From Deltaproteobacteria bacterium (GTDB lineage Bacteria > Desulfobacterota > Dissulfuribacteria > Dissulfuribacterales > JALVPX01), in the NCBI GenBank assembly GCA_027023445.1, contig JALVVK010000012.1:1139-65138 (forward strand): a stretch of 64,000 nt of DNA. The letters run 5' to 3'. The stretch's first letter is position 1; each line of letters opens with the position of its first letter. A model generated the notes under the pieces. It worked only from the letters and a program-made list of their open reading frames with translations, searched no databases and was not told the origin of the DNA. Below, piece by piece: positions 46,141 to 55,317 of the stretch. Position numbers and translations under genes: made by a program.

Positions 46141-46187
46141 TGGAAAAACGCTTCCATTAACGGAAACAGTTTTCCATTTTCATGGAA
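46141..46187. promoter_or_regulatory. Cluster of three TGGAA/TTCCA palindromes (candidate enhancer-binding-protein sites)
   Basis: tggaaaaacgcttcca (46141-46156), ggaaacagttttcc (46162-46175) and ttccattttcatggaa (46172-46187). They lie 80-130 nt upstream of the sigma-54-like element. Confidence 0.35.
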
Positions 46188-46268
46188 TTTCTTTTCCCTC
46201 ACTTGCCGCAACATAACAAAAATTCCCACAAACCTGCCTGATTCACCCACAAAACCAGGCAAAAAAGT

Positions 46269-46284
46269 TGGCATTGAGCGTGCA
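46269..46284 (+). promoter_or_regulatory. Candidate sigma-54 promoter upstream of the PEP-CTERM gene
   Basis: TGGCATtgagcGTGCA. GG (46270-46271) and GC (46282-46283) are 10 nt apart. It lies about 145 nt upstream of ATG 46429. Confidence 0.55.
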
Positions 46285-46428
46285 TTATTGAGATGCACGT
46301 AGGTTTGGTTGGGGGGTGAGATAAGTTAGGTAAGGAGGCAGCAAAAATAGATAAGCCAATAAGTCTGGAAGATGATTAATTTTTTAGCTTGGGATTAAAA
46401 TTTGTATTAGGAAATTAGGAGGTTAGCG

Positions 46429-47142
46429 ATGAAAAAATCAAGATTTAAAATAAAACGGCCTTTAACCATAATTAGCATGCTGATAGTGGTTGCAGTTATG
46501 TCTTTTGCGATAACTGCCAATGCGTTACAGATCAAGCTTACAGATGGGGTCAATACAGAGATTATTACTGACGGAGGATTAGGAGATTTAAATTTATCAG
46601 TTGGAGCGGTTACCTGGAGCGGTCAGCTGGGGGTTTTTAATATTAATGTAACTACTGGGGTATCCAAACCTTTAATCGGCAGTGTTGCGGTGCCAGAGTT
46701 AGATCTTAATTCAATCCAGGTTAGTGGTTCTGCTGGCAGTATTGATGTTTATGTTACAGATACAGATTTTGGCCCAATGGAAGCCGGTTTGTCGGGTTTC
46801 TTGACAGGTATCGGTGGTACTACTGATGGCAGGATAACGTGTGATACATATTTTGATGCGTCAAACACGGCATTTGGTATGGCTACACAGCTTGCCAGCC
46901 TTGGACCTTTCTCCGGAGGAGCTTTTAGTGGCAGTCAGATTTATGCAGGCATTCCAGGCGCCAATCCCTTTTCAATGACCATTCATACCCATATTGTTCA
47001 TACAGGTCCTTATGATACTACAAGCTTTGATGCAAATGTTTCTCCCATCCCCGAACCTGCGACCATAATGCTTCTTGGTGCAGGTCTTGTGGGGCTTGGC
47101 GGTTGGGCAAGGAAGGGCAGAAAGTCAGCCAAGAACGCCTAA
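46429..47142 (+). CDS. PEP-CTERM sorting-domain secreted protein
   Basis: Signal peptide 'LTIISMLIVVAVMSFAITANA'. The C-terminus 'PIPEPATIMLLGAGLVGLGGWARKGRK' has the PEP motif, a TM helix and a basic tail. AGGAGG RBS upstream. Confidence 0.85.
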   Translation: MKKSRFKIKRPLTIISMLIVVAVMSFAITANALQIKLTDGVNTEIITDGGLGDLNLSVGAVTWSGQLGVFNINVTTGVSKPLIGSVAVPELDLNSIQVSGSAGSIDVYVTDTDFGPMEAGLSGFLTGIGGTTDGRITCDTYFDASNTAFGMATQLASLGPFSGGAFSGSQIYAGIPGANPFSMTIHTHIVHTGPYDTTSFDANVSPIPEPATIMLLGAGLVGLGGWARKGRKSAKNA

Positions 47143-47189
47143 CTAGCCTAAGCAAAATAGAAATAACTACATAGAGTAGTTCTAAAAAG

Positions 47190-47211
47190 CGGGCCATTCG
47201 GCCCGTTTTTT
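47190..47211 (+). terminator. Rho-independent terminator after the PEP-CTERM gene
   Basis: cgggcc-attc-ggcccg followed by tttttt. Confidence 0.8.
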
Positions 47212-47260
47212 ATTACCGTGAAAAACTACATTGAACGGATGGAACTCATCCTTTCTGCAA

Positions 47261-47289
47261 ATAGGGGGTCAAATCTTTATTCTTGACAA
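47261..47289 (+). repeat. 29-nt direct repeat, copy 1
   Basis: atagggggtcaaatctttattcttgacaa. It contains the inverted pair GTCAA-N10-TTGAC. Copy 2 is at 47402-47429. Confidence 0.85.
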
Positions 47290-47401
47290 TTGAGACAGCC
47301 TTCCCTGCCGGCATGGGGCATACGGTATGTGGTGTACGGTATAAGGTACACGGTAGACGGACGGGAACGGACGCCTCTTTCCTTGCACCTCACACCGTCT
47401 T

Positions 47402-47429
47402 ATAGGGGGCAAATCTTTATTCTTGACAA
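47402..47429 (+). repeat. 29-nt direct repeat, copy 2 (1-nt deletion)
   Basis: atagggggcaaatctttattcttgacaa. It is flanked by a 9-bp inverted repeat, cctcacacc (47388-47396) and ggtgtgagg (47441-47449). Confidence 0.85.
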
Positions 47430-47464
47430 ATAGGAATCAGGGTGTGAGGGGACGTTGTTGTGGG

Positions 47465-47504
47465 ATAGCTCATAGGTGATGGGTCATGGCTCATAGGTGA
47501 TGGG
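47465..47504. repeat. P-family ('gctcatagg') repeat, partial copy
   Basis: atagctcataggtgatgggtcatggctcataggtgatggg. This is gctcataggtgatggg x2, and it shares the arm sequence of the 54234-54317 and 63106-63195 elements. Confidence 0.7.
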
Positions 47505-47758
47505 ATGGGGATTATTTCTCTGCGGTCTCTGCGCCTTGAGCGAAGCGGGCGTGAGAAAAGTGTCTACGTTGACTTGCTGATCAACGATCGCTGAATGGCT
47601 GAATAGACTTCCAAGATAAAATCATATCCAAGCCCATGCCCCCTCCTTGCACCGCTGATTATTCTTGCGTCTTTAGCGGCATCCTGCTATGCATTTATAG
47701 ATGATGCGGGCAACAGATACAGGCCACCCTCGTAAATCCTTTAATATGGGAGGTCGTC

Positions 47759-50700
47759 ATGTCTTCAGAAGGATCCGCGACATTGTTCTACGGGTTGGAT
47801 GTAGGCTCTACAACTGCCAAGCTGGTCATCCTGAACAGCAGCCTTTCAATACTCCACGTTTCAGATATCCGCACCCATGGCCGTTCCCTTGAAGGGGCCC
47901 GGACGCTTCTGGCCGGGATTCCCGGTTCCATGCTTCCCGGTCCGGGCGCTTTCTTTGCGTTTACCGGCACGGGCGGAAGGCTGCTTGCGGATATTCTCGG
48001 GGGACATTTTGTAAACGAGATCATTGCCCACAAGGAGGCGGCCACCTTTTTTCATCCACAGGCAAGGACCATCCTTGATATGGGAGGTCAGGACACCAAG
48101 CTTGTCCTGCTGAGTCATAACCGGGAGGGCAGGCAGCAGGTGGAGGATTTCAGCCTCAACACGCTGTGTGCCGCGGGCACAGGTTCCTTTCTGGATCAGC
48201 AGGCAGGCAGGCTTGGGCTTACCATTGAAGAGTTAAGCAACCTGGCCCTCGCCTCACAGAAACCCGCAAGGCTTGCCGGCCGATGCGCCGTGTTTGCCAA
48301 GAGTGACATGATCCACCTTCAGCAGGCAGCCGTGCCTGAGCAGGATATCGTTGCCGGGCTCTGCCTGGCCCTGGTAAGAAATCTCAAGGCAACCGTGGCC
48401 AGGGGCAAGAAAATACGTGCTCCAATGGTGTTTCAGGGCGGGGTTGCGGCCAACGCCGGGGTCAGGCAGGCGTTAAAGACAGTCTTCCACCTCGGTGACG
48501 GGGATCTGATAATACCGGAACACTTCCGCACCATAGGCGCCATAGGCGCCGTGCTTTACAGCCGCCGCACCGGCAGGCTTGAGGGCCGTTTCAGGGGCCT
48601 TTCGGCTTTTGACCGGTATCTCAAGGAAAAAAGGCCTACGGTAAGGAGGTTTCCCAGGTTGTCCGTCGCGGCCACGGGGCGGAGAGTCGTTTACGCAAAA
48701 GGCCCTGAGACGGGCAAAATGGCCTCGCTTCATGGTGCCGGGATAAGCCTGGGCATTGATATAGGTTCGGTAAGCACAAAGATGGTGGCATCCGATCCCG
48801 ATGGCAGAATAATAGCCCATTACTACGGCCGGACAGCGGGTAATCCGCTCAAGGCCCTTCAAAAAGGCCTGGATGTCCTCTTTGGGAAACTTGACCACAG
48901 GGCAGAGATAATATCAGTGGGGACAACCGGTTCGGGCAGATACCTGGCCGGGGATTTTGTTGGGGCCGATCTGGTTGTCAACGAGATCACCGCCCAGGCC
49001 AGGGCCGCCGTGTCCCTGGATCCCCATGTGGATACGATCTTTGAGATCGGAGGCCAGGATTCAAAATATATCAGCATAAACAACGGAACGGTAAGGGATT
49101 TCATGATGAACCGGGCCTGTGCTGCCGGAACCGGTTCCTTTCTTGAGGAACAGGCGGTCCGTCTGGGCGTTCGCCTGGACGAATTCGGCAAAATGGCCCT
49201 GGATGCTGAAAACCCGGTCAGGATGGGCGAAAGATGCACCGTGTTCATGGAATCCGACCTGATTCACTACCAGCAGCAGGGGGTAAACACCCCTGACTTG
49301 GTGGCGGGCCTCTGTTACTCCATTGTCCGGAACTATCTCAACAAGGTGGTTGAAAACAGGGTGATAGGTAAACGCATCTTTTACCAGGGGGCCACGGCGC
49401 TTAACCCCGGAATTGTTGCCGCCTTTGAGGCCATCCTGGGCCGGCGGATCACTGTGCCCGAACATTGCGAGCTTACCGGCGCAAGGGGCGCTGCCATGCT
49501 GGCCATGGAACGGACAAAAGGACCCACGAAGTTCAGGGGAACTGATGTATCACAGGTACCTTACGAGATACGTTCCTTTGAATGCAGGGCTTGCCCCAAC
49601 CGGTGTTCCATCAGCAAGGTGAATGTCAAGGGATGTCCTCCATTGTTTTACGGGGGGAGGTGCGAGCGGTACGAGACCCGTCTCCAGGCAAAAGATTCCG
49701 GTACCCCGGACCTGGTGGGTGAGCGCCACAAGAGGCTGTTAGAGTACGGGGTCGCCAGCCTGGAAGAGGCGGAACGGGCTCCGAGGGGGCCTGTCGGCAT
49801 TCCCGCCTGCCTGATATTGCAGGAATGGATGCCTTTTTTTGCCACCCTCCTGAAAGAACTTGGCTTTGGCCCGGTACTCTCCGGGGAGACGGGCAAGCTC
49901 CTGATACACAAAGGCATTGAGACCATGGTTACAGAGCCTTGCTTCCCGGTGAAGGTGGCGCACGGTCATGTAAAAAGCCTTCTGGATGCGGGGTTGCGGA
50001 AAATCTTTTTCCCGGCGATTATCGAGCTTCCCGTACCCAAGGGGATAAGAACCGGCCAGGTCTGTCCCTATGTGCAAAGCATTCCCTACACCCTGCCGGC
50101 GGCCATTGATTTCGAGAGTTACGGCGCGGAACTCATCAATCCTCCCCTCAGGCTTAACGGATGCCAGGGGCTGGAAGGCGAGACGAAATCAAGACTTGCG
50201 GCCGCGCTTGAAACGGGCGGGAAGGAGTTTGGCAGGGCCTGGGATGCCGCTGTAGAGGCCCAGAGATCCTTCCAGCGTGATCTGCTTGAACGTGGCAGAA
50301 AGGCTATAGATGGTCTTGAAACCGGGCAGCGCGCCGTTGTGCTCGTGGGCCGTCCATATAATGCCCTTGATCCGGGCGCTAACCTGGGTGTGCACGAGAA
50401 ATTCCGCCGCATGGGCGTGCTCGTACTGCCGCTGGATCACCTGCCGCTGGATGATTACATCCGTGAGGTTCCGGCCCACGAATCCATGTACTGGCACTAT
50501 GGCCAGAAAATTCTTTCCGCAGGCCTCCTGATAGCCCGGGATCCCCGTTTAAAAGGGGTGTATATCACCAATTTCGGTTGCGGCCCGGATTCTTTTCTTT
50601 TGCATTATTTCAAGGATATATCCCAGGGAAAACCCTTCCTGGAGCTGGAGATCGACGAACACAGCGCGGACGCGGGAATCCTCACCAGGATCGAGGCCTT

Positions 50701-52015
50701 CTGGGATACCGCGGACGCGGCCTCGTCAGCGGCGCTGGAAAATGGAAAGGATCAGGACAGGACCTTGAGGCCCTTGCCTTCCGGGAGAAGGCATACCGGA
50801 GGGAAACGCCGAACCATTTACATCCCGCCCATGTCAGACCATGCCCATGTTTTGGCGGCCTCCCTTAACGCCTGCGGCGTAAAAGCCGTGGTTCTCCCGC
50901 CCACAGACGATGAAAGCATTGCCCTTGGACTGCAGCACACAAGCGGCAAGGAATGTTTTCCTGCTATCCTGACCACGGGCGACATGCTGAAAATGACAAG
51001 GCAGCCGGATTTTTCCCCGGAAAACGCCGCCTTTTTAATGCCCGGAGGCGCCGGGCCCTGCCGGTTCGGACAGTACCAGAGGCTGCACCGCAAGATCCTG
51101 GACCGCATCGGGCTGGAGGAGGTCCCACTGTTTACTCCCAACCAGGATATACGTTTCTATGACGAGGTTGACTCTCTCGGAAAAGGTTTCAGCCGCCTGG
51201 CCTGGAACGGTATTGTGGCGGTGGACCTGCTGGACAGCATGTGCCGCCACGTCCGTCCGTACGTGGATGATCCTTCCAGGGTGGACAAGGTCTACGAAAA
51301 CGCCCTTGGACAGCTTTGCTCAGGCATCATGACGCGCAGCCCGCTGACACATATCCTGGAACAGACCCGGCGAGAGCTTGACAGGATGCCTGTGAACAGG
51401 CCGGAGGACAGGGTGGTGATCGGCGTTGTGGGTGAAATCTACACCAGGGCCAATCCAAAGGCCAATGCCGCCCTAATCAGGCACCTTGAAGGGCTGGGGG
51501 CGGAGGTATGGCTTCCGTCGGTAAGCGAATGGATACTCTATACCAATTTTACGGCCATACGCCGGGCCCGCCGCGAAAAGGCATGGAAGGAGTACTTCAA
51601 GCTGACCCTTAAAAACAGGGTGCAGGTAAAGGACATGAAACGCCTGGAGGCGGCAGCAGGCCCCATGCCCTCGGGCAGAGAACCCCTGACCAGAGAAATT
51701 CTCAGGTGGGCGGCCCCATTTGTAAGTGACGAATTCGAGGGGGAATCCATACTGAGCGTGGGCAAGGCTGTTTCCTATCTGCGTTCGGGAATCTCCGGCA
51801 TCATAAACGTGATGCCTCTTACATGCATGCCAGGGACCATTGTAAACGCCCTGCTGTCCCGCGTAAGAAACACCATGGGCGCGCGGCCGTTCCTCGCCCT
51901 TGCCTGTGACGGCCAGCAGGAAACCGGCCGCATGCTTCGCCTTGAGGCCTTTGTCAGCCAGGCAAGGGAGAGCCGGGGCGATTTCTTGTCGGTTACATCA
52001 AACGAGATGCGTTAG
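47759..52015 (+). CDS. Fused acyl-CoA dehydratase activase-related protein (2x BcrAD/BadFG ATPase domains + Cys cluster + DUF2229-type domain)
   Basis: There are two actin-fold ATPase N-termini, 'LFYGLDVGSTTAKLVIL' and 'LGIDIGSVSTKMVA', each followed by 'NxxCAAGTGSFL'. A Cys cluster 'CRACPNRCSISKVNVKGCPPLFYGGRCERYE' follows. The long C-terminal region is typical of about 1400-aa 'CoA-substrate-specific enzyme activase' fusions. GGGAGG RBS upstream. Confidence 0.88.
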   Translation: MSSEGSATLFYGLDVGSTTAKLVILNSSLSILHVSDIRTHGRSLEGARTLLAGIPGSMLPGPGAFFAFTGTGGRLLADILGGHFVNEIIAHKEAATFFHPQARTILDMGGQDTKLVLLSHNREGRQQVEDFSLNTLCAAGTGSFLDQQAGRLGLTIEELSNLALASQKPARLAGRCAVFAKSDMIHLQQAAVPEQDIVAGLCLALVRNLKATVARGKKIRAPMVFQGGVAANAGVRQALKTVFHLGDGDLIIPEHFRTIGAIGAVLYSRRTGRLEGRFRGLSAFDRYLKEKRPTVRRFPRLSVAATGRRVVYAKGPETGKMASLHGAGISLGIDIGSVSTKMVASDPDGRIIAHYYGRTAGNPLKALQKGLDVLFGKLDHRAEIISVGTTGSGRYLAGDFVGADLVVNEITAQARAAVSLDPHVDTIFEIGGQDSKYISINNGTVRDFMMNRACAAGTGSFLEEQAVRLGVRLDEFGKMALDAENPVRMGERCTVFMESDLIHYQQQGVNTPDLVAGLCYSIVRNYLNKVVENRVIGKRIFYQGATALNPGIVAAFEAILGRRITVPEHCELTGARGAAMLAMERTKGPTKFRGTDVSQVPYEIRSFECRACPNRCSISKVNVKGCPPLFYGGRCERYETRLQAKDSGTPDLVGERHKRLLEYGVASLEEAERAPRGPVGIPACLILQEWMPFFATLLKELGFGPVLSGETGKLLIHKGIETMVTEPCFPVKVAHGHVKSLLDAGLRKIFFPAIIELPVPKGIRTGQVCPYVQSIPYTLPAAIDFESYGAELINPPLRLNGCQGLEGETKSRLAAALETGGKEFGRAWDAAVEAQRSFQRDLLERGRKAIDGLETGQRAVVLVGRPYNALDPGANLGVHEKFRRMGVLVLPLDHLPLDDYIREVPAHESMYWHYGQKILSAGLLIARDPRLKGVYITNFGCGPDSFLLHYFKDISQGKPFLELEIDEHSADAGILTRIEAFWDTADAASSAALENGKDQDRTLRPLPSGRRHTGGKRRTIYIPPMSDHAHVLAASLNACGVKAVVLPPTDDESIALGLQHTSGKECFPAILTTGDMLKMTRQPDFSPENAAFLMPGGAGPCRFGQYQRLHRKILDRIGLEEVPLFTPNQDIRFYDEVDSLGKGFSRLAWNGIVAVDLLDSMCRHVRPYVDDPSRVDKVYENALGQLCSGIMTRSPLTHILEQTRRELDRMPVNRPEDRVVIGVVGEIYTRANPKANAALIRHLEGLGAEVWLPSVSEWILYTNFTAIRRARREKAWKEYFKLTLKNRVQVKDMKRLEAAAGPMPSGREPLTREILRWAAPFVSDEFEGESILSVGKAVSYLRSGISGIINVMPLTCMPGTIVNALLSRVRNTMGARPFLALACDGQQETGRMLRLEAFVSQARESRGDFLSVTSNEMR

Positions 52016-52449
52016 TATGCCTCGAATTCTCCGCTGATTTGTGTCATGACAGGAAAACCTTTTGATGAGCCCAACCGGCAGACGCGGGAAAACGGTCGAT
52101 GATATAACAGTTTTATGGTATTAAGAATGCCTGGATAAAATAGATGCGCGCAGACGATCCTGAGGCTGAGCGTGCATTGCGGGTCAGGGCCGTGATTCTG
52201 CTGCATTATTCAGATAAAATTTTTCCCCATGTATTTTAGAATGCGTAACCTGGGATAATAAAAACATATGAGGTAATCCGTTTGCTGTAGTTTAGTGGTC
52301 ATGTCCTGAATATCCAGTCAGTTAAAAGAGAATTCCAGTCTCCAATCACCAGGATTTTGAAGCGATTGTTTTTGTCCGAAAACACGCGCGGGAATGCGTT
52401 GTTTCGCGCCTTCGGAGGTGAGGCATGGCCGCTCCCGAGTTTACAATTC

Positions 52450-52496
52450 AGCATTTTCATGCTCTGGGATGCGAATCGCCACTTGGCATGAAAGCT
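52450..52496 (+). repeat. Hairpin repeat family H, copy 2
   Basis: agcattttcatgctctgggatgcgaatcgccacttggcatgaaagct. It ends 20 nt upstream of the prfC start. Confidence 0.85.
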
Positions 52497-52515
52497 CGCA
52501 GGAAAGGTTAAAAAA

Positions 52516-54102
<1,587 letters not shown>

Positions 54103-54188
54103 CAGTATAGGAATGACGGGACACAGATGAACACAGATCACACGGATCTTTTTTATCTGTGTGCGTAGCCCGTGTTTATCCGTGTCCA

Positions 54189-54233
54189 AACTTTCATGCA
54201 ACGTGATGCCTTGCACCCCTGAGCATGAAAGTT
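54189..54233 (-). repeat. Hairpin repeat family H, copy 4 (inverted)
   Basis: aactttcatgcaacgtgatgccttgcacccctgagcatgaaagtt. Its reverse complement is ..ttcatgctcaggggtgcaaggca..gcatgaaag. Confidence 0.8.
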
Positions 54234-54317
54234 GGCTCATGGCTCATAGGTGATAGTCACAAAAATCACCTTGTTTCTTAAACCATGAGCTATGACCCAT
54301 GAGCTATGAGCTATTTT
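54234..54317. repeat. P-family palindromic element (about 80 nt), full copy
   Basis: ggctcatggctcataggtgatagtcacaaaaatcaccttgtttcttaaaccatgagctatgacccatgagctatgagctatttt. It is nearly identical to the reverse complement of 63106-63195. The internal stem is GGTGAT/ATCACC, and the terminal arms are gctcatag / ctatgagc. Confidence 0.88.
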
Positions 54318-54328
54318 CACGGTAAACT

Positions 54329-54371
54329 TTAATTTAACATTCAGAATTTACCATTTAACATTGTATTTTCA
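54329..54371. repeat. 43-nt element S, copy 2
   Basis: ttaatttaacattcagaatttaccatttaacattgtattttca is the exact reverse complement of 35168-35210. Its 3' end merges into H copy 3. Confidence 0.9.
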
Positions 54372-54407
54372 TGACCTGGGGCGGCAACAGTTTTTGTCAT
54401 GAAGGTT
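54365..54407 (+). repeat. Hairpin repeat family H, copy 3
   Basis: attttcatgacctggggcggcaacagtttttgtcatgaaggtt. It ends 5 nt before the -35 of the tRNA-Phe promoter. Confidence 0.8.
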
Positions 54408-54412
54408 TAAGC

Positions 54413-54441
54413 TTGACAAATGAACGGGCAATAATAATAAT
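54413..54441 (+). promoter_or_regulatory. Candidate sigma-70 promoter of tRNA-Phe with GC-rich discriminator
   Basis: TTGACA (54413-54418), a 17-nt spacer, then AATAAT (54436-54441). The GC-rich 'gccccgc' follows, and the tRNA starts at 54456. Confidence 0.55.
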
Positions 54442-54455
54442 GCCCCGCAGTTAAA

Positions 54456-54531
54456 GCCGAGATAGCTCAGATGGTAGAGCAGTGGACTGAAAATCCACGT
54501 GTCCCCAGTTCGATTCTGGGTCTCGGCACCA
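54456..54531 (+). tRNA. tRNA-Phe (anticodon GAA), CCA encoded
   Basis: The cloverleaf was folded by hand. Acceptor stem GCCGAGA/TCTCGGC, D stem GCTC/GAGC, anticodon stem GTGGA/TCCAC with loop CTGAAAA, T stem CCCAG/CTGGG with loop TTCGATT, and discriminator A followed by CCA. Confidence 0.95.
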
Positions 54532-54541
54532 GATGAACTGA

Positions 54542-54577
54542 AAGGGTTAGCTCACGCCAGGCTAACCCTTTTTTTAT
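54542..54577 (+). terminator. Rho-independent terminator after tRNA-Phe
   Basis: aagggttagc-tcacgccag-gctaaccctt followed by tttttat. This is a 10-bp perfect stem. Confidence 0.85.
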
Positions 54578-54606
54578 TGCTGTGCCCTGGCACCCCGGAG
54601 CCTTTC

Positions 54607-55317
54607 ATGACAGGCAACCGCCCCTTCAGGCAAAAACGCCTTATTCCCTCCTATGTTGATCTCAAATTTTTATTAGAGAGGAACTATCCAAAGGCCGGCG
54701 CGCTGAGATTTGTGGGAGATCACTATCAACTGAGGCAGGAGGAACGGGACGCCCTTTACCGGGCCGCATTCCCAGACGATGTCTGCGCGGAAAGAAGGCG
54801 GAAAAGGCTTACCCTGAGCGCCCTCAGGTACAAAAGCCTGGTCATGGATGGCCACAATGTACTTATAACCCTTGAAAGCGCCCTCGCCTCAAAACCGCTG
54901 GTGCTCTCTGATGACGGATTCGTCCGGGACGTGAGCCGCGTCTTCCGCAGCTTCAGACCCACGGCACGTACCAGGGATGCGTGGATGCTTGTGCAGAAAC
55001 TCCTGATTGACTACTCTCCCGGGTCCGTCACGGTTATCCTGGACGCGCCACTTTCCAGGAGCGGGGAACTTGCGGGAAGGATAAGGCGCTGGATGACGGA
55101 CGCGCCATGGCCAGGAGAGGTGCGCCTGGAAAAGATGCCCGAGGCGGCGGTATTGAACACACCCGGCGTCAAGGCCTCCGCGGATTCAATGGTGCTTGAC
55201 AGGGCGGATGAAATAATAGACCTCGCGGGCCATATTATCAGGCGCCGCATGGGCATAAGGCCCTTTGTTTTCCACCGGAAACGCACGGACGGTCCGAACA
55301 CCGGGTTCAGGTGTTGA
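54607..55317 (+). CDS. DUF434-like protein with possible NYN/PIN-like C-terminal domain
   Basis: Start set at ATG 54607, because the listed ORF start at 54499 lies inside the tRNA. 'DLKFLLERNYPKAGALRFVGDHYQLRQEERDALYRA' resembles DUF434 as recalled. 'LVMDGHNVLITLESAL' resembles the 'DGYNV' start of NYN-type domains. Confidence 0.55.
   Translation: MTGNRPFRQKRLIPSYVDLKFLLERNYPKAGALRFVGDHYQLRQEERDALYRAAFPDDVCAERRRKRLTLSALRYKSLVMDGHNVLITLESALASKPLVLSDDGFVRDVSRVFRSFRPTARTRDAWMLVQKLLIDYSPGSVTVILDAPLSRSGELAGRIRRWMTDAPWPGEVRLEKMPEAAVLNTPGVKASADSMVLDRADEIIDLAGHIIRRRMGIRPFVFHRKRTDGPNTGFRC

Noticed and set aside
42554-47758. Mobile genetic element or genomic island with integrase or transposase
   Set aside because: The composition is clearly anomalous, but I see no integrase, transposase or recombinase gene, no flanking direct repeats, and no tRNA at the borders. 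It is reported only as a compositional mosaic.
54131-54162. Hairpin acacagat-N16-atctgtgt after prfC as a terminator
   Set aside because: It is an 8-bp stem, but it is not followed by a T-run. It may instead belong to the local repeat mosaic.
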